Source: Planctomycetota bacterium
Lineage (GTDB): Bacteria > Planctomycetota > B15-G4
Length of the DNA: 64,000 bases
Assembly: GCA_965248575.1 (NCBI GenBank)
Contig: CBDFJQ010000002.1
Location: forward strand, 3,392,001 to 3,456,000
Direction: 5' to 3'
Both the position numbers and the translations under genes were made by a program. Shown here one piece after another: positions 47,845 to 57,248 of the stretch. Every line of letters starts with the position of its first letter. Position 1 is the stretch's first letter. The notes below the pieces were generated by a model, which was not told where the DNA came from, made no database searches, and worked only from the letters and a program-made list of their open reading frames with translations.

Positions 47845-50727
47845 ATGTTGAGCTCTCTTTGCGTCCGTCCTGTTTTCGGCGTCACCCTCACCGCCCTCGT
47901 CCTAGCCCTCGGCAGCCTGAGTCCCGCCGCCCTGGCCCACGACGACGACCCGAAGATCTTCGACAAGCAGCCGCCTTATGTCGGCCCCGGCTACCGCGGC
48001 GCCTTTGCCACCATGCCCAGCGTCGCGCTGGGCACCCTGGGCGTAACGGGCCCGACGGACGCGAAGCTAGACGCAGGATCCCGGGCCAGCTTCCAGCACG
48101 CAGGCACAAGCCAGGAGGGTTCGCAGCTCGCCGTGCTCGGCCCCGAGACGGTCTTCTCCCCCGGCATCAACTTCGCTAGCGACGAGATCCAGCTGATGTC
48201 CTGGCTGACCCTCGACGACATGAGCCCGGGCACCGTCAGCGGCAACGACTGCTGGGGCTACACCTCGGGCAGCGGCCGGGAGTACGCCCTCATGGGCACC
48301 TCCCACGCCACGGTCTTCGTGGAGGTCACCCAGGCCGATGACCCGGTCGTGGTCGCCGTGGAACCCGGGCCCCAGAGCCTGTGGCGCGACACCAAGACCT
48401 ACCAGACCTACGCCTATTCCGTGAGCGAAGGGGGCGGCGGCATCCAGGTCTACGACCTGGCGCAGATCGACTCCGGCATCGTCACGCACCTCGGCGACTT
48501 CAACGACGGCACCACCAGCGCCACCCACAACGTGCTCATCAACGAGGACTCCGGCTACCTCTACCGCAGCGGCGGCAGCAGCCACGGCCTGCGCATCTAT
48601 AGCCTGGCCAACCCGGCCAGCCCGGTCTTCGTGAACAGTTGGGACGACCGCTACGTGCACGACGCCCAGGTGGTCACCTACACGAGCGGCCCCAACGCCG
48701 GCAAGGAGATCGCCTTCTGTGCCTCCGGCGACTTCGCCCAGCCGGGGCTCGACATCCTCGACGTGACCAACAAGAACAACATCCTCCTGTTGGACAACTT
48801 CGTCTACCCGAACCCCGTCTACAGCCACCAGCTCTGGCTCAATGACGACAAGACCCTGCTCTACCTCAACGACGAGCTGGATGAGGGGCCGGGCACGCCC
48901 ACCACGACCCACGTCATCAACGTCAGCAACCTGAACAACGCGAGCCTGGCGGGCACCTTCGACAACGGCCTGGCCGCCATCGGCCACAACGTCTACATCA
49001 AGGACGGGCTGCTGTACGAGGCCAACTACCGCAGCGGCCTGCGGGTGTTCGACATCGATGCCAATCCGACGAACCCGCCGGAGATCGCGTGGTTCGACGT
49101 CTACCCCCAGGACGACCTGGACGAGTTCAACGGCCTCTGGAGCGTCTACCCGTTCTTCGACAGCGGCACGGTCATCGGCAGCGACCTCGAGAAGGGCCTC
49201 TTCGTGTGGCGCATGGGCAAGGCGCCCGTGACCCTCACGCCCCTGGCGGCTCTCCCGGCCATGGTGGACCCCACTGGCTTCAGCTTCGACCTGAGCATCA
49301 GTGAGGACCAGGCCGGCGACTTCGTCATGGGCAGCGGGCAGGTGCACTACAACGCCGGCAAGGGTTGGAAGAGCGCGCCCCTCACCAACCTTGGCGGCGG
49401 AAACTACCGTGCCACCCTGCCGGCCCTGCCGTGCGGCCTCGAGGTGCCCTACTACGCCTCGGCCCTGGCCTCGGACGGCAGCACTTGGACCACGCCCAAT
49501 CTGGCGGCGGGCCTCACCTACCTGAGCCTCTCCGCCAACGGCCAGGCCACGGCCCTCTCCCAGAACATGGAGAGCAACCAGGGCTGGACCGGCGGTGCAC
49601 CCGGCGATGACGCCAGCACCGGCATCTGGGAGCGGGGCGATCCCCTGGGCACCGGCGCCCAGCCCGAGGACGACCACACCAGCGGCGGCGGCAACACCGA
49701 CTGCTGGTACACCGGCCAGGGCCCCAGCGGAGGCGGCCTCGGTGACAACGATGTAGACGGCGGCATTACCACGCTGCTCTCCCCCGTCATGAACCTCAAA
49801 GGCCTCAGCGAACCCAACATCTCCTACTGGCGCTGGTACGTGAATTCACCGGCCAATGCAGGCGATGCCGACGACATCTTCCTGATCGACATCTCCAACG
49901 ACGGCGGCAACAGCTGGACCAACGTGGAGACCCTCGACCCCACGGTGTTCGAGCAGGTGGGCGACTGGATCCACACGTCCTTCCGGGTGTCGGATTTCAT
50001 CCAGCCCACCAACTCCATGCAGATGCGCTTCATCGCCAGCGACACGAACAATGGCTCCATCGTCGAGGCAGCCATTGACGACTTCGCCGTGACGGAGACC
50101 CAGTGCGCGGACTGCAACGGCAACGGCCAGAGCGACGGCATGGAGATCCTGGGCGGCGTCCCGGACGGCAACAAGAACAGCATCCCTGACTACTGCGAGC
50201 TGCCCACGACCCAGGTGGGTCGCCCCAACGCCAAGAGTGGCCCAGCGGGCGGCGTCTCCGGTGGCCCCAGCGGCCCCGGCGGGCCTGCAACCGGGGCTGT
50301 GCTCGGCAGCCCGAGCCAACCCCCGCTGCTCAGCAGCTTGATCCCAACGATCTCTGTTTCTCGTGGGGGCGAGCACAGCATGCGCCTCGAAGCCGGGGCA
50401 GAGCACGCTGGGAAGCCCTACCTGTTGCTGGGCTCTTTCTCGGGCACTGAACCCGGTTTCGCCCTGCCGCTCGTGACGGTGCCGCTGCACTTCGACGCCT
50501 ACACCCGCTTCGGCCTGGCGTCACCCAACACGGCCCCGCTGATCGCCTCCCAGAGCGTGCTGGACGAACACGGCCACGCCCTGGCCGCCTTCCAGCTACC
50601 CGCCGATTCGGACCCCGCCCTGACAGGGCTCACGGTGAACCACGCGTTCCTGGTCTTCGAGGACGTGCTCGAGTCCGGCCGGGTCGTCCTGGTGAGCAAC
50701 GCCACAGCCGTGAAGTTGGTGGACTAG
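47845..50727 (+). CDS. choice-of-anchor B family secreted protein (LVIVD propeller, jelly-roll, DCNxNG repeat, C-terminal FED...SN domain)
   Basis: GGAGG RBS; GNDCWGY...GREYA, WRDTKTY, YVHDAQ, YSHQLW, DELDE, HN, ANYRSGLR, WSVYPFF.SG. Confidence 0.88.
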   Translation: MLSSLCVRPVFGVTLTALVLALGSLSPAALAHDDDPKIFDKQPPYVGPGYRGAFATMPSVALGTLGVTGPTDAKLDAGSRASFQHAGTSQEGSQLAVLGPETVFSPGINFASDEIQLMSWLTLDDMSPGTVSGNDCWGYTSGSGREYALMGTSHATVFVEVTQADDPVVVAVEPGPQSLWRDTKTYQTYAYSVSEGGGGIQVYDLAQIDSGIVTHLGDFNDGTTSATHNVLINEDSGYLYRSGGSSHGLRIYSLANPASPVFVNSWDDRYVHDAQVVTYTSGPNAGKEIAFCASGDFAQPGLDILDVTNKNNILLLDNFVYPNPVYSHQLWLNDDKTLLYLNDELDEGPGTPTTTHVINVSNLNNASLAGTFDNGLAAIGHNVYIKDGLLYEANYRSGLRVFDIDANPTNPPEIAWFDVYPQDDLDEFNGLWSVYPFFDSGTVIGSDLEKGLFVWRMGKAPVTLTPLAALPAMVDPTGFSFDLSISEDQAGDFVMGSGQVHYNAGKGWKSAPLTNLGGGNYRATLPALPCGLEVPYYASALASDGSTWTTPNLAAGLTYLSLSANGQATALSQNMESNQGWTGGAPGDDASTGIWERGDPLGTGAQPEDDHTSGGGNTDCWYTGQGPSGGGLGDNDVDGGITTLLSPVMNLKGLSEPNISYWRWYVNSPANAGDADDIFLIDISNDGGNSWTNVETLDPTVFEQVGDWIHTSFRVSDFIQPTNSMQMRFIASDTNNGSIVEAAIDDFAVTETQCADCNGNGQSDGMEILGGVPDGNKNSIPDYCELPTTQVGRPNAKSGPAGGVSGGPSGPGGPATGAVLGSPSQPPLLSSLIPTISVSRGGEHSMRLEAGAEHAGKPYLLLGSFSGTEPGFALPLVTVPLHFDAYTRFGLASPNTAPLIASQSVLDEHGHALAAFQLPADSDPALTGLTVNHAFLVFEDVLESGRVVLVSNATAVKLVD

Positions 50728-52101
50728 TCACCGCTCGGCGTCGACCCACCCCGCGGGTGGGTCGACGCCGGTGAGAGCTTCCAGGAAAGCGAGCAACTGC
50801 TCGATCTCGCGCGGCGTGAAGTTCGCGGGCTGCAAGGTGCTCTCCGCGTGATGGCCGCCCGACATTGCCCCCTCCAGGGTGGAGTAGAACTGCAGCACGT
50901 CCCGCAGGCTCGCGAACTGGCCGGCGTGCATGTAAGGCGCGGTCTGGGAGACGTTCCGCAGGCTCGGCGTCTTGAAGGCACCCCAGTCTTCGCCCGACAC
51001 CCGCAGCGTGCGGGTCTGCAGAGCCCGCTGTCCCTCTGGGGCATCGCTGAACGCGCCAGTCGCCGAGAACCTGTCAGCCGCCAGGCGCGCGGCACCGTCA
51101 AAACGCCCTGGGTCTGACGGGGCCCGGCCATTCGGTGTGGGTACGCCGAGATTGTGGAACTCACCATCCGTCAGACGCGGCCCGAAGTGGCAGCGTAGGC
51201 ATCCAGCCTCGCCCACGAAGAGCTCCAAACCCGCTTCTGCTTCCGCGGAAAGGGCGGCGTCCCGGCCAGCCAGCCACTCATCGAAGGGAGAGGGCCCCGT
51301 GAGCAGGCGCCGCTCATACGCAGCCAGGGCTTTGCCCACCTGAACGAAGACCTGGTCGATGGCCTGTCGCGTGTCGGGCGCGAGCGCCTCCCAAACTCCC
51401 CAAGCCCGGTACTCCAGGGCAGGTGCGGCACCCGCGAGTCCTCCGCGCGCCGGGGGACGCGCGTGTTCCGGCAGGCCAGCCCCTTCCAAACGAGCCAGCA
51501 CAGCCCGAGCCTCCGCTCCGAAAACATCCTCGAAGGCAGCCCGCAGGCCAGGGTCCCTGAGCAGGGTCTGGACCACTGCGGTGCGAGTTCCCGCCATCTC
51601 CAAGGAGTCCTCAAGGGGTTGCAAGGCCTGGGCCCACAAGCTGTCGGCACGCCCATCCCGAAACAGCCAGCGCTCCCGCGCTGCGTCGAGAATGGTGGGC
51701 GCGTTGCGATTCCCGATACCCGCCCCCAGAGAGACGGCCCGCCCATCGGTGAAGGCGCGCTGAGGATCGTGGCACGACGCGCAGCTCAGGGCGCTTTCCC
51801 CAGACGCCAAAGCTTCCCCCTGCGCCACCTGTGGGTGCCCCGCCAAGCCGGGCAGGAAGAAGAGCGTCTGGCCCAGCCGCGCCGCGGCCAGGTCGTCACC
51901 CACGCTGTTGGTGGGGTCGGATACCAACGGCCTGAGACCGGCCGACAGCCGGAAGACGCTCTGCGCCCTGGAACGCAAGTCGGCGTCGGGCGAGCGGACC
52001 GGCGAGCCTTCGCCGTTGGGGCCCGTTGAACCGCAGGCTCCCACGGTCAGCACGAGAAAGACCAGCGAGCCGCAGCAGCAGCGGAACAGCACCGGCTTCA
52101 C
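50728..52101 (-). CDS. di-heme cytochrome c peroxidase/MauG/MbnH superfamily lipoprotein
   Basis: two CxxCH (CASCH, CLRCH), RNAPT, FKTPSLRNV..TAPYMH; GTG 52101 overlaps the upstream TGA. Confidence 0.9.
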   Translation of the reverse strand: MKPVLFRCCCGSLVFLVLTVGACGSTGPNGEGSPVRSPDADLRSRAQSVFRLSAGLRPLVSDPTNSVGDDLAAARLGQTLFFLPGLAGHPQVAQGEALASGESALSCASCHDPQRAFTDGRAVSLGAGIGNRNAPTILDAARERWLFRDGRADSLWAQALQPLEDSLEMAGTRTAVVQTLLRDPGLRAAFEDVFGAEARAVLARLEGAGLPEHARPPARGGLAGAAPALEYRAWGVWEALAPDTRQAIDQVFVQVGKALAAYERRLLTGPSPFDEWLAGRDAALSAEAEAGLELFVGEAGCLRCHFGPRLTDGEFHNLGVPTPNGRAPSDPGRFDGAARLAADRFSATGAFSDAPEGQRALQTRTLRVSGEDWGAFKTPSLRNVSQTAPYMHAGQFASLRDVLQFYSTLEGAMSGGHHAESTLQPANFTPREIEQLLAFLEALTGVDPPAGWVDAER

Positions 52102-52553
52102 CTCACCTCCACGACCAACTCGGCGCGCTCCGTGATGGCTCCATCGGTCACATCGAAGCTGAGGGTCCAGGCGCCCGGCATGTGGAACAGCAGGCCGCTC
52201 GCCCGCACGACCTCCGGCGAGACCCGGCTGTGCTCCGGCACACGATTCATGCCGTGCTGGTGATGGGGCATGGCTGCATCGACCCGCACGGGAATCCCCG
52301 GCAAGGCGTTGGTGGTGCCATTCCGCGCCACGGAGACGAAGACGGAAAAGGGCTCGTTGAGAGGGATCGGCGACGGCTCGGTGGACAAGGTCACCCGCCA
52401 TGTCCCGGCGGCGGAAATGAGCTCTCGCGGCCCAGAGGCCGAACCAGCCCGGGAGCCGTTCAGCCCCGCGGAATCGCTGGCCGGGCTAGAACAGGACACG
52501 CTCAGGCCGAGACCCAAAACCAGCACCGACAACGCTCTCGCCCAGGGCTTCAT
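52098..52553 (-). CDS. YtkA/FixH-like Met/His-rich lipoprotein
   Basis: lipobox-like SVSC; VDAAMPHHQHGMN and LFHMPGAW motifs. Confidence 0.8.
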   Translation of the reverse strand: MKPWARALSVLVLGLGLSVSCSSPASDSAGLNGSRAGSASGPRELISAAGTWRVTLSTEPSPIPLNEPFSVFVSVARNGTTNALPGIPVRVDAAMPHHQHGMNRVPEHSRVSPEVVRASGLLFHMPGAWTLSFDVTDGAITERAELVVEVR

Positions 52554-54571
52554 GGTTCCTCTCCGTTGCTTTCGTTGCTCTCGATCAACGGCTCCGTTGC
52601 CTCCGGCTGCTGGGCCGCGTCCACGTACAGCCTGCGCCCAAACGCAGTCACGAAGCTTCCATCGGCCTGGAACATCTGGCCGCGATGGTTGCCGTGGTCG
52701 AGCACGAGCAGCTCCCCATGGGGCATCTCGGTGATCCCTCGTGGCTTGTAGAACTCGCCCGCGCCCAGGCCGGGGCCACCCCACGACAGCAGCTCCAGCC
52801 CCAGGATGTCGAACAAGTGCACCTTGTGGGTTGCACGATCCGTCACCAGCACGCGCCCACCGGAATCTCCGGCGACGCCGCCCGGCTCGTCCAGGACGCC
52901 GGCCCCGAGGATGGCGTCCAGCTCACCCTCGAGCCCGAACACCAACACCCGGCCGAGGTCTCCATCGGCGACCGCGATCCGGGCCGGGCCCACCGTCTCG
53001 TGCGGCGCCTCGCTGCTGCTGTACTCATCCCACTCCAGACTGAAGGGCGGGATCACCGCGATGTCCATGGGCCGCTGCAAGCGCCCCGCACCGAAGCGAC
53101 GCACCAGGTTCCAGGTGCGGTCGAACACGAGCACCTCCGCCGCATAGTCGTCCACCACATAGAGCAGCCCGTCGTCGTCCAGTGCCAAGGCACCGGGGCG
53201 GATGGGCCGGTCGCTCTCCTCGAGCAAGGCCGCCAGATCCACGGAGTGCACGAGGTGCCCCGCTCCAGCCCTGAACACGACGGCCTCTTCAGGGTCGTGA
53301 TCCAGGCGCCAGGTCTGGATGCGGCCCAGATCGCCGTCGCTCACGAACACCCGCCCGGCTGGACCGAAGCCGAGACCGCTCAGCCGACGTGATTGACCAT
53401 AGGCATCGCCCCAACCCCCCAGGCGCGTCACCATGATGGGAGTCTGGCCGGTCACATCCATGGCCTGGAGCGTCTGGCTCTCGGGTTCCATGAGCAACAG
53501 CAGCCGCTCCCGCACCGAGATTGACGGCCCATAGTGTGCCGCCAGGCCGGTCCGCACGGTGGGGTCTGCGGCGTAGGCCGCCACTCCATCCAACGCCGGG
53601 CCGAAGACCTGCACGCGATCCATGAAGGACTCGCAGACCACCACGCGCCCCCCGCCCGGCGCCACCGCCAAGGCATCGGGGTAATGCAGACGCCCCGCAC
53701 CTTCCCGGGGCTCCAGGGCATGCTTGCCCCATTCGTAGAGCGGCGCGCTCTCTCCACGCAAGATCCCCTCCACATCGAAGACCTGGATCCGGTGGTTCTC
53801 CGTGTCGGCCACGTAGAGACGACCGTCGCTCACGGCGAGCCCCCGCGGATCCACGAAGAGCCCCGGGAAGGGGCCCCGTTCTCCGACGCTCGCCAGGACC
53901 CCGCCTTCGGAGTCCAGGACCACGATGCGGTTGTTGCCCGAGTCCGCGACAAAGACCCGACCTGCAGCGTCCCGGGCCAGGCCGGTCGGACGCAGCAATC
54001 CGTCGGCGTGCCAGCTCTGCACTGGGCGCCCCAGCCGGTCGAACACCTGCACGCGGTTGTTGCCCGAGTCCGCCACGTAGACCCACTCGTCAGAAACCGC
54101 CAAGCCCACCGGCTCCACAAGCTGCTCCGGCCCTGGGCCCCGGGAGCCGAAGCGCCCCTGCCAGCGACCGTCCGCCTGGAACATCTGCACACGGTGGTTG
54201 CCCGTGTCGGCGACATAGATCAGCCCGCCCGGAGCCACGGCGAGACCTCCCGGACGCTGCAGCTCTCCGGCCGCGTTGCCCCTGCGCCCGAATCCGCCCG
54301 CCGGCTGCAACAAGCCGTCTGCATCCGGCACGTAGACCTGCACCCGATGATCGCCAGCCAGGTACAGCTCGCCCTGTTCGTTGAAAGCAGCCGTGCGCAC
54401 GGACACGAGGCCCTCGAAGGTGCCCTCGTACACGCCGTAGCGCCCTTCCACCTCGTCTCCGGAGAGCAGCTCCTGCCCGACGGACCGTGCGGGCGCGGCA
54501 AGAGCCACGGCCTCCCCAGCGGGAGCTGTCAGGGAGATCAAGCCCAGCAGGATCGAGAGCAGGCGCAGCAT
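52550..54571 (-). CDS. secreted NHL-repeat beta-propeller protein (probably two propellers)
   Basis: signal peptide; many P.GLA...YVADxxNxRVQ repeats. Confidence 0.88.
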   Translation of the reverse strand: MLRLLSILLGLISLTAPAGEAVALAAPARSVGQELLSGDEVEGRYGVYEGTFEGLVSVRTAAFNEQGELYLAGDHRVQVYVPDADGLLQPAGGFGRRGNAAGELQRPGGLAVAPGGLIYVADTGNHRVQMFQADGRWQGRFGSRGPGPEQLVEPVGLAVSDEWVYVADSGNNRVQVFDRLGRPVQSWHADGLLRPTGLARDAAGRVFVADSGNNRIVVLDSEGGVLASVGERGPFPGLFVDPRGLAVSDGRLYVADTENHRIQVFDVEGILRGESAPLYEWGKHALEPREGAGRLHYPDALAVAPGGGRVVVCESFMDRVQVFGPALDGVAAYAADPTVRTGLAAHYGPSISVRERLLLLMEPESQTLQAMDVTGQTPIMVTRLGGWGDAYGQSRRLSGLGFGPAGRVFVSDGDLGRIQTWRLDHDPEEAVVFRAGAGHLVHSVDLAALLEESDRPIRPGALALDDDGLLYVVDDYAAEVLVFDRTWNLVRRFGAGRLQRPMDIAVIPPFSLEWDEYSSSEAPHETVGPARIAVADGDLGRVLVFGLEGELDAILGAGVLDEPGGVAGDSGGRVLVTDRATHKVHLFDILGLELLSWGGPGLGAGEFYKPRGITEMPHGELLVLDHGNHRGQMFQADGSFVTAFGRRLYVDAAQQPEATEPLIESNESNGEEP

Positions 54572-54751
54572 GGGTCGGGGGGCAGCCTTTCGGAGCGGGA
54601 GACGGGCAGGTCGAACCAACTGAGCACTCTAGCAGCCCCCATTTCCCCCCGTCTTGCTCCTCAACTGCACCTGTGGCAAATGACCCTCAACACCTGGCCA
54701 TTGCCGGCCGATCTAGGGGAACTTCCGGTCGACTGTTCCGAAAGCCATCCC

Positions 54752-55756
54752 ATGAAGATCCTCGTTCTCGGTGGAAGCAAGTTCCTCGGTCGCCACGTCG
54801 TGCAGGCGGCGCTGGATCGGGGGCACGACGTCACCCTCTTCAACCGGGGGTTGACGGACCCGCACCGTTTCCCGAATGCCACCACTCTGATTGGCGACCG
54901 CACCTGCGATCTGGACAAGCTGGCAGGCGACCGTTGGGACGTGGCGCTGGACACCAGCGGACATACGCCGCTGGATGTGAGCGCGACGGCTGACGGGCTC
55001 TCCGGAAAGGTCGCCCACTACACCTACGTCTCCACCGCGTCGGTGCTCGAACAGCCTGTGGCCCGGGGTGCCGACGAATCGGCACCCGTGGAAGAGCTGC
55101 CGCCCTGCGAATCCTGCGTCGTGGACGTCAACGACCACAACTATGCCGCTGTGAAGGCCGAGTGCGAACGCATCGTGCGCGACACCTTTGACGGACCGTC
55201 CTTCATCGTGCGCCCGGGCCTCGTGGTGGGCCCCGAGGACGAGTCGGACCGCTTCACCTACTGGTTGCGCCGCATCAAGTTCGGCGGAGACATCCTGGTG
55301 AGTCGCCCCGATCAACCGGTGCAGTTCATCGACGTGCGCGACATCGCCGAGTGGATCGTGCTCGCCGCCGAGGATGGCTACGAGGGCACCTACCTCGCCA
55401 CCGGCCCAGCCGAGCCCCTGACCATGGGCGAGTTCCTCGCCCAGTGCCGCAAGACCCTGGATGTGGACGGGGCCTACTTCACCGCGGTGGACGACAGCTT
55501 CCTCTTGGATTCCGGCGCTCAGCCCCTGCAGGACCTGCCGCTTTGGATCCCCAAGCAGCAGGAGGCGTTCATGACGCTCAACTGCCAGGCGGCGTTCGAC
55601 AAGCGCCTGCGCACGCGCCCCTTGGTCGAGACCATCTTCGACACCTACCACTGGGACTTGAGCCGCCCCTGGGATGAGCCGGTCTGTGCAGGCCTGACGC
55701 TGGACCAGGAGGCCGAACTGCTGGACGCCTGGATGGCGCGTGTGCCTGCGGGCTAG
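54752..55756 (+). CDS. NAD-dependent epimerase/dehydratase (atypical SDR)
   Basis: MKILVLGGSKFLG, FNRG, GDR, YAAVK..CE, RPGLVVGP, QFIDVRD. Confidence 0.9.
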   Translation: MKILVLGGSKFLGRHVVQAALDRGHDVTLFNRGLTDPHRFPNATTLIGDRTCDLDKLAGDRWDVALDTSGHTPLDVSATADGLSGKVAHYTYVSTASVLEQPVARGADESAPVEELPPCESCVVDVNDHNYAAVKAECERIVRDTFDGPSFIVRPGLVVGPEDESDRFTYWLRRIKFGGDILVSRPDQPVQFIDVRDIAEWIVLAAEDGYEGTYLATGPAEPLTMGEFLAQCRKTLDVDGAYFTAVDDSFLLDSGAQPLQDLPLWIPKQQEAFMTLNCQAAFDKRLRTRPLVETIFDTYHWDLSRPWDEPVCAGLTLDQEAELLDAWMARVPAG

Positions 55757-55777
55757 GCGAGCCCGCACGCCGAACGA

Positions 55778-56509
55778 CTAGCGCGCCGGCAGCTGCAGGA
55801 TGGCTCCGACGTCCAGCCCCACGGCGTCCAGATGGCCGACGATGGCGCGGTTGACGCTCCCGTTGCCGCCCAAAAGACCGTGCATGTGCATGCGTGATCC
55901 GTGGTGGGTGAGCACCGCCTCCACCCCCTCACCGTAGAAGCCCACCAACAGCCCATCACCGGGCCCGAAGGAGGCGCGGAAGGGCTCCTGCTCTGGCGCA
56001 AGCTCTCCGGCGGCCAGGGGGCAGCGTCCGTTGATGACATGCATCTCCGCGGACGAGATGGCCCCGCGTACCACGAACGGAAAGGGCCGCGTCCAGTCGA
56101 TGCCGTGTTGCTCGGCCGCCTCTCGAACGAAACGTTCCATCTGATCAGACGGCACGCCCTCCCTCACAGGCACATCGACCCAGGCCGGTACCTCGGCCAA
56201 CACCAGAAAGCTGGCACGCTCACCGGGCTCGGTCGGATGCGCGCTGGGCCGAACCACCATGGCTCGCGTGACCAAGGACTCACCGTCCACGAGCAACAGC
56301 TCGCCCTTGAGATCCACGAGGGCGCCCAGGCCGACGACGTTCGGCGTCACGACATCGTCCAAGGTGACCCGTCCGTGGCTGCGCTGCAGGGCCATGACCT
56401 CGCGCACCGTCCCCCAATGCTGGGTCTCACCGTTCCATCGAGGGGCAGCACAAGCGCTCAGAACGCTAATGGCCAACCCTGCGACCAACCCTGCAACACG
56501 TGGCTTCAT
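55778..56509 (-). CDS. alpha-acetolactate decarboxylase-like lipoprotein
   Basis: lipobox LSAC; GLGALVDLKGELLLVDG, LVGFY, HMH..GHLD metal-ligand pattern. Confidence 0.7.
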   Translation of the reverse strand: MKPRVAGLVAGLAISVLSACAAPRWNGETQHWGTVREVMALQRSHGRVTLDDVVTPNVVGLGALVDLKGELLLVDGESLVTRAMVVRPSAHPTEPGERASFLVLAEVPAWVDVPVREGVPSDQMERFVREAAEQHGIDWTRPFPFVVRGAISSAEMHVINGRCPLAAGELAPEQEPFRASFGPGDGLLVGFYGEGVEAVLTHHGSRMHMHGLLGGNGSVNRAIVGHLDAVGLDVGAILQLPAR

Positions 56510-56600
56510 GCGCCCATGATCCCCCGTGGGCCAAGCGATTGCGAGCAGCCTCCCCGGCGCTGGGTGCGCCCGCACGTCGCCGACAGGTAGCATCCCTGGC

Positions 56601-57248
56601 ATGGACGGCCCCACGGACGCCCCGACGCTCAGCCCCACCCGCGGCACGGGGGCGCTCGTGGCCTGCCATTCCTGCGACCTGCTGCATGAGCGCCGTCCCT
56701 TGATCGGCGGACGCAAAGCGCTGTGCAGCCGCTGCGGTGCCGTGCTCTATCGCTCGCCGCGCCGCAGCGCTGAGCGCACCCTCGCGTTGGCTCTGACCGG
56801 CCTGGTGTTGTTCGTGCTGGTGAACACGTTTCCGTTCATGACCTTCGACTTCGAGGGCCGGCCCCAGGCGGCGGGCTTCCTGAACGGGGCCTGGGAGCTG
56901 GCCGGCGCCGGCATGTGGCCGCTGAGCGTCTTGATCGTGGTCACGTGCTTCGCCGTGCCGCTCGTGGAGATGCTCGGCCTGGTGGCCCTGCTCGCCCCCC
57001 GCGTCTTGGGCTACTCCACCCGGTTCCGCCCAGGCCTGTCCCACCTCCTGGCACCGCTCGCCCCCTGGGCCATGCTCGAGATCTGCATGCTCGGCGCCTT
57101 GGTGGCCTTGGTGAAGCTGACCGAACTGGCGCAGGTCATCATAGGCGTCTCTTTCTGGTCTCTGGCAGCGCTGATCTTCGTGCTGGCCGCCGCCCGCACC
57201 AACTTCGACCGCTCCCTCATGTGGGATGGCGCGAGGCAGGACCCATGA
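56601..57248 (+). CDS. pqiA: paraquat-inducible protein A (first half-size copy)
   Basis: CHSCD..CSRCG Zn ribbon, NTFPFM, PWAMLEI..LVALVKL. Confidence 0.88.
   Translation: MDGPTDAPTLSPTRGTGALVACHSCDLLHERRPLIGGRKALCSRCGAVLYRSPRRSAERTLALALTGLVLFVLVNTFPFMTFDFEGRPQAAGFLNGAWELAGAGMWPLSVLIVVTCFAVPLVEMLGLVALLAPRVLGYSTRFRPGLSHLLAPLAPWAMLEICMLGALVALVKLTELAQVIIGVSFWSLAALIFVLAAARTNFDRSLMWDGARQDP

Noticed and set aside
53534..55756. 740-aa version of the epimerase ORF and similar N-terminal extensions (dsbD 765 aa, ATPase 593 aa, Leu dehydrogenase 465 aa)
   Set aside because: Family similarity begins at internal starts, and most extensions overlap neighbouring genes
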